Shown here: positions 1 through 8,122 of the stretch, piece by piece
Layout of the letters: each line of letters starts with the position of its first letter
How positions within the stretch are numbered: position 1 is the first letter of the stretch
DNA from: a bacterium
GTDB lineage: Bacteria > Krumholzibacteriota > Krumholzibacteriia > G020349025
Direction of reading: 5' to 3'
Assembly: GCA_031362565.1 (NCBI GenBank)
Contig: JANLSU010000014.1
Location: forward strand, 1 to 64,000
Length of the DNA stretch: 64,000 nucleotides
Notes under the pieces: model-generated
What the model was told of the DNA's origin: nothing
The model's input: the letters and a program-made list of their open reading frames with translations, nothing else
The model's database searches: none
Translations under genes and position numbers: made by a program

Positions 1-1
1 C

Positions 2-406
2 GTTGCGGGCGTGCCGGCGGCGTCGATCACGCTGACGCACCCGGAGCTGTGTGTCTGCCCGGGCGGTAATATCGCCGATGGTCCGACTGACGCTGCCGGG
101 GCGACGACATTCAGTGGCACTCTTCGCGCTGGCGGGTGCGTCCCGAACCTGATCCTGCAAGTAGACGGGGTCGACGTCTGTACCGTACCGGTCATGACCA
201 ATACCGCGGATCTCATCTTTGGGGCTCCCTGTAACGTGGGTCCGGATGAACTCGCATGGTTCGGATCCCTCATCTCTGGCACGTCGTACGGGATTTGCTA
301 CGATCTCAACGAGGATGGCATCATCGATGTGCTCGATTGGGTGATCCTTGTGAATCGCTACTATGGGACTTCATGCCAGAGTCCCGTCGAGAAGGTGAAT
401 CGATGA
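2..406 (+). CDS. Secreted Cys-rich Ig-like + dockerin-like protein, copy A1 (5' truncated by window edge)
   Basis: Frame is open from the window start. Paralog of 1218..1868. C-terminal Ca-binding dockerin-type motif DLNEDGIIDVLDWVILVNRYYG. Confidence 0.75.
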   Translation, partial: VAGVPAASITLTHPELCVCPGGNIADGPTDAAGATTFSGTLRAGGCVPNLILQVDGVDVCTVPVMTNTADLIFGAPCNVGPDELAWFGSLISGTSYGICYDLNEDGIIDVLDWVILVNRYYGTSCQSPVEKVNR

Positions 407-1026
407 TACGGACCCGGCCGGGGAAGGGAGTCATGGGAAGCCTGAAGTACCAGATTGCGCTGGCCGCGGCGCTTGGGCTCGGAGCAATCACCGAGGAGGC
501 CTGCGCACAGCGGATCGGGATGTTCTTCGATCCCGAGGCGACGACTTGTAGCAAACAGATCGGTCTGTACGAAGAGGGAAAAATCTGGATCATCGCGTTC
601 GTCGATGACCCGAGTGTCTCGATCGTCGGCCTGGAATTCGGAATCTACGGGCTCCCGCAAACGTGGTATTTGGGCTTCGTCGGTCCCTCCTACTTTCAGA
701 CAACTTTCGGGTATGCTGGGGAATTCGTTCTCGTTGCGTACGCACAGCCCCTGTCAAGCTCAGGGAATACCATCACGCTCGGTTGGATACGCTACTTTTC
801 ACTCTCCGTGGTGCCCGCTACGACCTTGAGGCTCGCAGCGCGCAGTGGATCGAACTATGGCACCCCTATCCTGATGCAGCGGGTGGACGATTCCGGGTGT
901 GCAGGCGTCAGCACGTTCCGGTACTTCGCGACACCGGCAACGGGATCGATGGCCGTCATCAATGGCGAATGCTCGATCGCGGTCGAGAGCAAGTCCTGGG
1001 GCATGATCAAGGAACTGTACCGGTGA
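403..1026 (+). CDS. Secreted cohesin-like beta-sandwich protein with C-terminal SWGMIKELYR motif, copy B1
   Basis: ATGA overlap with the upstream stop (alternative start 433). Signal-peptide-like ALAAALGLGAITEEACA. Alternating beta-strand pattern. Paralog of 1865..2479. Confidence 0.75.
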   Translation: MIRTRPGKGVMGSLKYQIALAAALGLGAITEEACAQRIGMFFDPEATTCSKQIGLYEEGKIWIIAFVDDPSVSIVGLEFGIYGLPQTWYLGFVGPSYFQTTFGYAGEFVLVAYAQPLSSSGNTITLGWIRYFSLSVVPATTLRLAARSGSNYGTPILMQRVDDSGCAGVSTFRYFATPATGSMAVINGECSIAVESKSWGMIKELYR

Positions 1027-1217
1027 TGGACGCCTCAGGCCTCGCCTCTCAATGACAGTGCGCCAGCTTCGTGGCATGCTGCCATGTACAACGTCGCCGG
1101 ACGCCTCGGCTCCTGGCAGAGGGACCGATGGAGACAGGTGATGGTCGAGTGAATATGATCTTGTCCTCAGACCTCAGCGGCCTGGCGCGCGGTGCTTACG
1201 CCCGGCTCCGGAAGACC

Positions 1218-1868
1218 ATGCGACGAATCCGGTCTGGTGCGGCAGTTGTCACCGTCCTCGCCTCGATGCTGGGGACTGAAGGGGTTGCCGGTCCGGTTTG
1301 CCCGGATTCATCGTACGTCCAGGTGACGTATGCCTGCACGTTCACGGGCAGCTATCGGACTCACGAACCGCTCGATGTGTTGACCGTTTCTCCCGGTGGG
1401 AACAATGAGACGTTCGCCCAGAACGGGATCTCGATCCGCGTTATCCTCAAGGATTGCCAGGGCAATCCCGTTGCGGGCGTGCCGGCCGCGTCGATCACGC
1501 TGACGCATCCGCGGATGTGCATCTGCCCGGGTGGCAATATCGCCGACGCTCCAACTGACGCTGCCGGGTCGACGACATTCAGTGGCGCTCTTCGCGCCGG
1601 CGGGTGCGTCCCGAACCTGATACTGCAAGTGGACGGTACCGAAGTCTGTACCGTACCGGTGATGACCAATACCCCGAATGTCCCCGGCACTGGGTGTTAC
1701 GTGAACGCCGATGAAATCGCCTATTTTTCAGGCCACATCTCCGGCAGCTACACGATTTGCTTGGATTTCAATGAAGATGGCATCATCGATGTGCTCGACT
1801 GGTCGATCCTTGTGAATCGCTACTATGGGACCTCGTGCCAGAGCCCCGTCGAGAAGGTGAATCGATGA
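1218..1868 (+). CDS. Secreted Cys-rich Ig-like + dockerin-like protein, copy A2
   Basis: Signal-like MRRIRSGAAVVTVLASMLGTEGVA. Invasin/Big-like motif ISIRVILKDCQGNPVAGVP...TDAAG.TTF. Dockerin motif DFNEDGIIDVLDW. Start chosen inside ORF 1071..1868. Confidence 0.75.
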   Translation: MRRIRSGAAVVTVLASMLGTEGVAGPVCPDSSYVQVTYACTFTGSYRTHEPLDVLTVSPGGNNETFAQNGISIRVILKDCQGNPVAGVPAASITLTHPRMCICPGGNIADAPTDAAGSTTFSGALRAGGCVPNLILQVDGTEVCTVPVMTNTPNVPGTGCYVNADEIAYFSGHISGSYTICLDFNEDGIIDVLDWSILVNRYYGTSCQSPVEKVNR

Positions 1869-2519
1869 TACGGATCCGGCCGAGGAAGAGAGGTATGGGA
1901 AGCCTGAAGTGCTTGATGGCCGCGGCGCTCGGGCTCGGAGCAATCACTGAGGACGCCTTCGCACAGCGGATCGGGATGTTCTTCGATCCGGAGGCGACGA
2001 CTTGTAGCAAACAGATCGGTCTGTACGAAGAGGGAAATATCTGGATCATCGCGTTCTTCGACGACCCGAGCGTCTCGATCGTCGGCGTGGAGTTCGGAAT
2101 CTCCGGGCTCCCTAACACGTGGTCGTACTACTTGGCCGGCCCCTCCGGCCTTACGTATTCCGGATATGCTGGGGAATTCGTTCTCGTTGGCTATGCACAG
2201 CCCCTGTCGAGGTCAGGGAATACCATCACGCTCGGTTGGATCCACTACCTTTCGACCTCCGTGGTGCCGGCTACGACATTCAGGCTCGCGGCGCGCACCG
2301 GATCGAACTATGACAGCCCGATCCTGATTCAGCGCGCGGACGATTCTGGGTGTGCAGACGTCAGCACGTTCCGGTACTTCGCGACGCCGGCGACGGGATC
2401 GATGGCTGTCATCAATGGCGAATGCTTGCTTTCGGTCGAGAACAAATCCTGGGGCATGATCAAGGAGTTGTATCGTTGATGGTCGCCTCACTGGCCACCT
2501 CTCAACGGCAATTCGCCAG
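1469..2519 (+). repeat. Tandem duplication, copy 2 (portion homologous to 1..1066)
   Basis: Long near-identical DNA stretches shared with 1..1066. Confidence 0.92.
1865..2479 (+). CDS. Secreted cohesin-like protein with C-terminal SWGMIKELYR motif, copy B2
   Basis: ATGA overlap with the A2 stop. Paralog of 403..1026. Confidence 0.75.
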   Translation: MIRIRPRKRGMGSLKCLMAAALGLGAITEDAFAQRIGMFFDPEATTCSKQIGLYEEGNIWIIAFFDDPSVSIVGVEFGISGLPNTWSYYLAGPSGLTYSGYAGEFVLVGYAQPLSRSGNTITLGWIHYLSTSVVPATTFRLAARTGSNYDSPILIQRADDSGCADVSTFRYFATPATGSMAVINGECLLSVENKSWGMIKELYR

Positions 2520-2618
2520 TCCGTCGACGTCCGGTCCCGCCCGCATCCCGGCTCCTCGGAGGGTGTAGTGCGCGGGCTTCCGCGCTTGAGTGGGACTCTG
2601 GCGCGGGCGCCCCGAGCC

Positions 2619-2648
2619 TTGACGCCGCGCCCGTTCAGCCGATAAGGT
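2619..2648 (+). promoter_or_regulatory. Candidate sigma70 promoter for tRNA-Ala
   Basis: TTGACG-18 bp-TAAGGT. Confidence 0.45.
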
Positions 2649-2701
2649 CCAGCGTCTTTCGCGGTCTCTCCCGCCGGAGTCTGGTGTCCGGAACCGCACA
2701 T

Positions 2702-2777
<76 letters not shown>

Positions 2778-2827
2778 CCCTTCCTCCGAACGCCTCATCG
2801 CCAGGCCTTGGGCGCGCGAGGTGACGC

Positions 2828-4147
2828 GTGAGCACTCTCGTCGTTTTTGAAGACGAGGCGCACGGTGCATTCGAAATCGCCACCGCGCTGCGCGCGGTGT
2901 TCGATTTGCGGTGCGGTGCCGAGACGCTGCTCGAACGTATTCGCGCGCGCGCTGCCTGCAACGACGTTTGTCTCGTCGTGCGCCCTGAACATCTCGAACT
3001 GGGCCGTGAGATGCACCCCGAGGCCTCCTTCACAGGGCCCGCCGCGGGTGAAGCGTTGTTCGTGAATGGCCGCCTGTTGCCGCAAGGCGGCGACTTGCCG
3101 CGGCTCACGGCCGGGCCGGCAGCGGGCTTCTTGCTTTTCAATGCCGACACACTGGTCGCCGCCCGCACGACGGGCGCCGAAACCGCCCGCGTGCACTCGG
3201 CGCTCGCGAGCGCACTTGCTGCACCGTCGACGCCGTCCCTGCGAGCCGTTCTCGCCCGTGAGTGCGCGGCCTTGCCGCACATCGAACTGGGCGGCGAGCC
3301 CGAACGCACCCGTGACGGTTCGGTGCTCGTGGCGCATCTCTGGGATCTCGTCCGTTACAACGGCCGGGCCCTCTGCGATGACTTTCGTTTCGGCCCCGGT
3401 GCCGGCATAGATTCTGGGGCGCTGGTGTATCCCGGGGTCTATCTTTTGCAGGAGAACGCGATTCGGATCGGTCCGGGATGCCGCCTCAAACCGGGTGTCG
3501 TTCTCGATGCCGAGGACGGACCGATCACGCTCGACGCCAACGTCGAAGTGCAGCCGCAGGTGGTCCTGCGCGGGCCGCTTTACGTTGGACCGGGATGCGT
3601 ACTGAAAGCCGGTGCCAAGATTCACGAGGGGACGAGTTTCGGTCCGCGCTGCAAGATCGGCGGGGAAGTCGAGGAAAGCATCGTGCAGGGCTTCAGCAAC
3701 AAACAGCACGAGGGATTTCTCGGCCACGCCTACTTGGGCGAGTGGGTGAACCTGGGCGCCGACACCAACAACAGCGATCTTAAAAACAACTATTCGAACG
3801 TCCGAACGTGGGAGTCGGGGCGCAACGTCGACACCGGGATGATGTTCGTGGGCCTGCTGGCCGGCGATCACGTCAAGAGTGCTATCAACACGCAATTCAA
3901 CACCGGTACGGTGGTCGGGCTCTCGAGCCAGATCTTCGGCAGCGGCTTCCCGCCCAAGTTCGTGCCGCCGTTTTCGTGGGGCGGTGCTACGGCGCTCGAA
4001 ACCTACACCTTCGACCGCGCCCTCGGCACGGCGCGAACCGTGATGCAGCGCCGTAAAGTGGAACTCTCCGCCGCCTACGAACGCGCCTTGCGTCGCGCCT
4101 TCGACCGCTGGGAAGGCGCACCGCGGGCGCTCCTGCCCGAGGCCTGA
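2828..4147 (+). CDS. GlmU-like sugar nucleotidyltransferase/acetyltransferase (Bacteroidetes-type alternative GlmU family)
   Basis: RAVFDLRCGAETLLER N-terminus, hexapeptide repeats, KIGGEVEESI, NKQHEGFLGHAYLGEWVNLGADTNNSDLKNNY. Confidence 0.85.
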   Translation: MSTLVVFEDEAHGAFEIATALRAVFDLRCGAETLLERIRARAACNDVCLVVRPEHLELGREMHPEASFTGPAAGEALFVNGRLLPQGGDLPRLTAGPAAGFLLFNADTLVAARTTGAETARVHSALASALAAPSTPSLRAVLARECAALPHIELGGEPERTRDGSVLVAHLWDLVRYNGRALCDDFRFGPGAGIDSGALVYPGVYLLQENAIRIGPGCRLKPGVVLDAEDGPITLDANVEVQPQVVLRGPLYVGPGCVLKAGAKIHEGTSFGPRCKIGGEVEESIVQGFSNKQHEGFLGHAYLGEWVNLGADTNNSDLKNNYSNVRTWESGRNVDTGMMFVGLLAGDHVKSAINTQFNTGTVVGLSSQIFGSGFPPKFVPPFSWGGATALETYTFDRALGTARTVMQRRKVELSAAYERALRRAFDRWEGAPRALLPEA

Positions 4148-4552
4148 GGGTTTGGCCGCGCGCCGCGTTTGCACCCAAGCCGGCACCATGCACCCTTGCG
4201 GCCCGCGCCGCGGCACTCGCCGCCCATGCCCCGGCCGCCGCCGGGTCGGGCCGCGCAGCGCGCATGCATCGGGTGCGGCGAACCGCCCGGAACCGCCCGC
4301 CGGCGCTGGCATCCAGGCGCCCGGAGCCCCGAGCCACTTCGCCACCGTAATTCCATCCGATGTCAAGGCAAGCATTTAGGCGTTTGTCCTCGGGCCGATC
4401 CGCAAGGCGTGTGGGATGGCATCCGTCTTGTTTGTAGCCCTCTCAAATCGCTTCCTGGGCCGTCCGGGATTTGCCAGGTCGATGCTGCCTTTTTCAATCG
4501 TAGCCTCTCGTGCTGGCACGCGGCGAAACTCGGGGGCGATTTTTTTCTTCTT

Positions 4553-4604
4553 GGCGCGCGGCTGGTCGGCTTACCACCCCGACTGCCGCGCGCCCTTGCT
4601 TTCT
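4553..4604 (+). terminator. GC-rich hairpin with pyrimidine-rich tail upstream of the BMC promoter
   Basis: GGCGCGCGGC..GTCGG-loop-CCGAC.GCCGCGCGCC followed by CTTGCTTTCT. Confidence 0.45.
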
Positions 4605-4611
4605 GCTTCCG

Positions 4612-4641
4612 TTGACACCCTCGCACCACTGCTGTTAAGTT
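4612..4641 (+). promoter_or_regulatory. Candidate sigma70 promoter of the BMC operon
   Basis: TTGACA-18 bp-TAAGTT with a TG extended -10. Confidence 0.5.
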
Positions 4642-4723
4642 CCGACCCGCTTGCAACAAGCGAGCATTCCTTCGAGCGCGGCTGAACTAAGCGCCGCACC
4701 ACTGCAAGAGGGGTAGGGACTTT

Positions 4724-5032
4724 ATGAACGGTCCGGAGGCCCTCGGGCTGATCGAGACCCGTGGCTTCGTAGCGCTGGTCGAAGCAAGCGACGCGATGGT
4801 GAAAGCCGCGAACGTTCGGCTCGTCAGCTACGAGAAGACCGGTGGAGGATTCGTCACCGCGATCGTGCGCGGCGATGTCGCCGCCGTCAAAGCCGCTGTC
4901 GAAGCCGGCGCTGCCGCCGCCAACAAGGTCGGCGAGTTGGTGTCGGTGCATGTCATCCCGCGGCCCCATGCGCAACTCGACGAACAGTTGCCGATCGGTG
5001 GCGCGGCGACCGCACGCAAGAAGACAGGCTGA
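4724..5032 (+). CDS. Bacterial microcompartment hexamer shell protein (BMC-H, EutM/PduA-like)
   Basis: ALGLIETRG...DAMVKAA...[15 protein letters not shown]...VHVIPRPH. Confidence 0.97.
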   Translation: MNGPEALGLIETRGFVALVEASDAMVKAANVRLVSYEKTGGGFVTAIVRGDVAAVKAAVEAGAAAANKVGELVSVHVIPRPHAQLDEQLPIGGAATARKKTG

Positions 5033-5036
5033 TCCC

Positions 5037-5348
5037 GTGCAGCTCGGCGAGGTCGTGGGCACGGTGGTGGCGACCCGCAAGGACCCCAAGCTGGTGGGGC
5101 TCAAGTTCCTCGTCGTCAAGAATGTCGACGTCGATCTGCGGCCGCTCGGCAGCTTCGTCGTCGCCATCGACACCGTCGGCGCGGGCCCGGGTGACGTCAT
5201 CTTGCACGTTGCCGGCAGTTCGGCGCGTATGACCACGGAAACCAACGAACGGCCCGTCGACTCTTGCATCATGGCAATTGTCGATGCGGTCGAAGTTGCC
5301 GGCGAATACACCTACGAGAAGAACCGCGCCGTCGAGCCGGCACGCTGA
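5037..5348 (+). CDS. BMC pentamer vertex protein (EutN/CcmL family) 1
   Basis: GTG start. QLGEVVGTVVATRKDPKL...AIDTVGAGPGD...GSSAR...PVDSCIMAIVD. Confidence 0.95.
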   Translation: MQLGEVVGTVVATRKDPKLVGLKFLVVKNVDVDLRPLGSFVVAIDTVGAGPGDVILHVAGSSARMTTETNERPVDSCIMAIVDAVEVAGEYTYEKNRAVEPAR

Positions 5349-5381
5349 TCGCCGCCGTGGGTGGCGAGGGGGGGCGCGAGG

Positions 5382-6878
5382 ATGGACGACAAGCAAATCC
5401 GCACCATCGCGCGTGACGTCGCGCGCGCCCTCGGTGACCCCGAAACCGCCCCCGTCGCGTACAGCGGTTGGAAGCGTTTCGACGCCCCACGCGCTGCGGC
5501 GCCCGCCGCCGCGGCCGCGCCGGCGACCGGTGGGTCGCGGCCGGAAGCCCGTGGTGCCGGAGTCTTTCCGAGTGTCGAACAAGCGTACGCGGCCGCCGCC
5601 GAAGCTTTTCAGGCGTATCAGAAGGTCCCGCTCGAGCAGCGTTACGCCATCGTCGATGCCGTGCGCCGCACGTTGCGCGCCCATTGCGACGAGATCTCGA
5701 AACTGGGCGCCGAGGAAACCGGTCTTGGGCGCGCTGCCGACAAGGTGCGCAAGAATCGCCTCGTGATCGACAAGACGCCCGGTCCCGAGGTGCTGCGGCC
5801 GGAGGCCTGGTCCGGCGACCACGGGCTGACGATCATGGAACCGGCGCCGTACGGTGTCATCGGTTCGATCACGCCGTCGACCAATCCTTCCGAGACCGTC
5901 ATCAACAACGGCATCGGGATGATTTCGGCCGGCAATGCCGTGGTCTTCAACGCCCATCCGTCGGCGCGGCGCGTCAGCCTGCGCACATTGTCGCTGATGA
6001 ATGAAGCGATCGTCGGGGCCGGCGGCCCAGCGAATTTGCTGGCGACCTGCGCCGATCCGAGCATCGACACGGCGCAAGAGGTCATGCGCACCAAGGGCAT
6101 CCGGCTCTTGGTGGTGACCGGTGGTGCAATCGTCGTCAAAGCGGCATTTCAAAGCGGCAAGAAGGTCATTGCGGCGGGGCCCGGCAATCCGCCGGTCGTG
6201 GTCGACGAGACCGCCGATCTCGCCAAAGCCGGCCATGACATCGTCGCCAGCGCGTCGCTCGACAACAACATCATCTGTACGGCCGAGAAGGAAACGTTTT
6301 GCGTCGCGAGCGTCATCGACCGGCTGCTGGATGAGATGGCGCGCAACGGCGCTTATGTGCTGACGCGCGCGCAGGCCGCCGAGCTGCGCAAGCACGTCTT
6401 CGTCGAGGAACACGGGCCGGGCAAGCCCGGCGTCATCAACCGCGAACTCATCGGCAAGAACGCCGGGGTCATTCTGGCGCGGATCGGCATCAACGTGGGT
6501 GACGCGGTGCGGCTCGTCGTCTACAAGGCCGATGCCGATGACCCGCTCGTGTGGACCGAACAACTGATGCCGGTGTTTCCGGTCGTGCCGGTCACGAATT
6601 GCGACGAGGGCATCGACTTCGCGGTGCGCGCCGAACATGGCTTCGGACACACCGCCAGCATGTTCTCGCGCAACATCGACAAGCTGTCGGCGATGGCACG
6701 CCGCATCAATACGTCGATCTTCATCAAGAACGGGCCCAACTATGCCGGCCTCGGCTTGGGCGGCGAAGGCCATACGAGCTTCACGATCGCCAGTCCCACC
6801 GGCGAGGGGATGACGAACGCGCGGCATTTCTCGCGCTATCGCCGCTGCACGCTGGTGGACCACTTCCGGATCGTTTGA
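5382..6878 (+). CDS. CoA-acylating aldehyde dehydrogenase (EutE/PduP family) with N-terminal encapsulation peptide
   Basis: EETGLGR, PYGVIGSITPSTNP, VTGG, AGPGNPPVVVDETAD, catalytic NNIICTAEKE, EQLMP, FTIASPTGEG. Confidence 0.95.
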   Translation: MDDKQIRTIARDVARALGDPETAPVAYSGWKRFDAPRAAAPAAAAAPATGGSRPEARGAGVFPSVEQAYAAAAEAFQAYQKVPLEQRYAIVDAVRRTLRAHCDEISKLGAEETGLGRAADKVRKNRLVIDKTPGPEVLRPEAWSGDHGLTIMEPAPYGVIGSITPSTNPSETVINNGIGMISAGNAVVFNAHPSARRVSLRTLSLMNEAIVGAGGPANLLATCADPSIDTAQEVMRTKGIRLLVVTGGAIVVKAAFQSGKKVIAAGPGNPPVVVDETADLAKAGHDIVASASLDNNIICTAEKETFCVASVIDRLLDEMARNGAYVLTRAQAAELRKHVFVEEHGPGKPGVINRELIGKNAGVILARIGINVGDAVRLVVYKADADDPLVWTEQLMPVFPVVPVTNCDEGIDFAVRAEHGFGHTASMFSRNIDKLSAMARRINTSIFIKNGPNYAGLGLGGEGHTSFTIASPTGEGMTNARHFSRYRRCTLVDHFRIV

Positions 6879-6899
6879 CGCAAAAGGGCGGGGACACGC

Positions 6900-7505
6900 G
6901 TGACGGTCGAAGCGCTCGGGCTCTTGGAAGTGGACTCCATTGCCGCCGGGGTCGAAACGGCCGATGCCATGGCGAAGATGGCACCGGTCGAATTCGTCGA
7001 TACGTTCATGGTCTCACCCGGGAAGTTCGTGGTCATCGTGCACGGCGATCCGTCGTCGGTGCGCTCGAGCCTGGATGCCGGTGAATCGATCGCGGCCGGC
7101 GCAATCGTCGACCGGCTCTACATTCCGTTTCTGGACCCGCAGGTGCTGCCGGCCATCCGCAACAGTGTCGTGCTCGAAGAGGCGCCCGGGGCGTTGGGAT
7201 TCGTCGAAACGACGAGTGTCGCAGCGGGCCTGCAAGCCGCCGACGACGCGGCAAAGGCGGCGGAAGTCGTGCTCGGGCACCTGTATCTGGGGCGCGGCAT
7301 CGGCGGCAAATCGGTGCTCATGATTGCCGGACTGTTGCACGACGTGCAGGCGGCGGTGGACGCGGCCGCGGATCGTGCCCGCCGGAACGCCCGCTTGGTG
7401 ACGACCCGTGTCATCGCCCAACCCGATCCCGAACTGTGGGCGCGCCTGCGCACTGGACTCCGTCGCGCTCCGGCGGCGCGGCCGGGCGATCTCGGGAGCG
7501 CGTGA
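6900..7505 (+). CDS. Tandem-domain BMC shell protein (BMC-T, PduT-like)
   Basis: Two BMC repeats: ALGLLEVDSIAAG...ADAMAK...SPGKF and ALGFVETTSVAAG...ADDAAKAA...GIGGK. Confidence 0.93.
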   Translation: MTVEALGLLEVDSIAAGVETADAMAKMAPVEFVDTFMVSPGKFVVIVHGDPSSVRSSLDAGESIAAGAIVDRLYIPFLDPQVLPAIRNSVVLEEAPGALGFVETTSVAAGLQAADDAAKAAEVVLGHLYLGRGIGGKSVLMIAGLLHDVQAAVDAAADRARRNARLVTTRVIAQPDPELWARLRTGLRRAPAARPGDLGSA

Positions 7506-7506
7506 C

Positions 7507-7815
7507 ATGCATTTGGGTCAAGTCGTGGGCACGGTCGTGGCGACGGTGAAAACTCCGGCGCTCCACGCGCAACGCCTCTTGGTCGTGCGCCCGTACACGT
7601 ACCAGCGAGAGCCCGATGGGGATGCCTTTGTAGCCGTGGATTTGGTGAGCGCCGGGCGCGAGGAATGGGTGTTCTATGTCAAGGGCCGCGAAGCCGCCAA
7701 TGCTCTCGACGACAAGTTCAATCCAGCCGATCGCGCCATCCTGGGAATCGTCGACGCCATCACGCTCGAGACGCTGCCGGCATCGGCGCCGCCCGGCGTC
7801 GTTTGGGAGGACTAA
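7507..7815 (+). CDS. BMC pentamer vertex protein (EutN/CcmL family) 2
   Basis: MHLGQVVGTVVATVK...AVDLVSAG...GREA...PADRAILGIVD. Confidence 0.93.
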   Translation: MHLGQVVGTVVATVKTPALHAQRLLVVRPYTYQREPDGDAFVAVDLVSAGREEWVFYVKGREAANALDDKFNPADRAILGIVDAITLETLPASAPPGVVWED

Positions 7816-7819
7816 AGCC

Positions 7820-8122
7820 ATGCAGATTGGACGGGTCTGCGGCACTTTGGTTTCCACCCTCAAACACCCGGCGCTGGCAGCGCGCAAGCTGTTGCTCGTC
7901 GAGCCCTGCGGGCCGACGGGACGAGTCTCGGGGCGCGTGACGGCGGCCGTCGACGCTGCCGACGCGGGTCCGGGCGATTGGGTCGTCTTCCTGGACGAAG
8001 GTTCCAGTGCCAGCCAGGTGCTCGGACTGCAACGCGGGCCCGTACGCACCGTCGTGGTGGCGGTGTTGGACGCGGTGCACCTCACCGGTGATCCCGGGAC
8101 TCCGCGCCAACCCGCTCAGTGA
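7820..8122 (+). CDS. BMC pentamer vertex protein (EutN/CcmL family) 3
   Basis: MQIGRVCGTLVSTLKHP...AVDAADAGPGD...EGSSA...PVRTVVVAVLD. Confidence 0.93.
   Translation: MQIGRVCGTLVSTLKHPALAARKLLLVEPCGPTGRVSGRVTAAVDAADAGPGDWVVFLDEGSSASQVLGLQRGPVRTVVVAVLDAVHLTGDPGTPRQPAQ

Larger units (their letters stand above)
1..1066 (+). repeat. Tandem duplication, copy 1 (partial) of a ~1.46 kb two-gene unit
   Basis: 1..1066 aligns by eye to 1469..2519, including about 40 nt after the stop codon (tgatgg.cgcctca...cctctcaa...cgccag). Confidence 0.92.

Noticed and set aside
1..2519. Diversity-generating retroelement explanation for the variable repeats
   Set aside because: Differences include indels and all base types rather than adenine-specific changes, both copies are intact ORFs, and there is no reverse transcriptase in the window.
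4416..4685. 89-aa ORF upstream of the BMC operon
   Set aside because: No family motif, and it overlaps the hairpin and promoter candidates, so it is probably non-coding.
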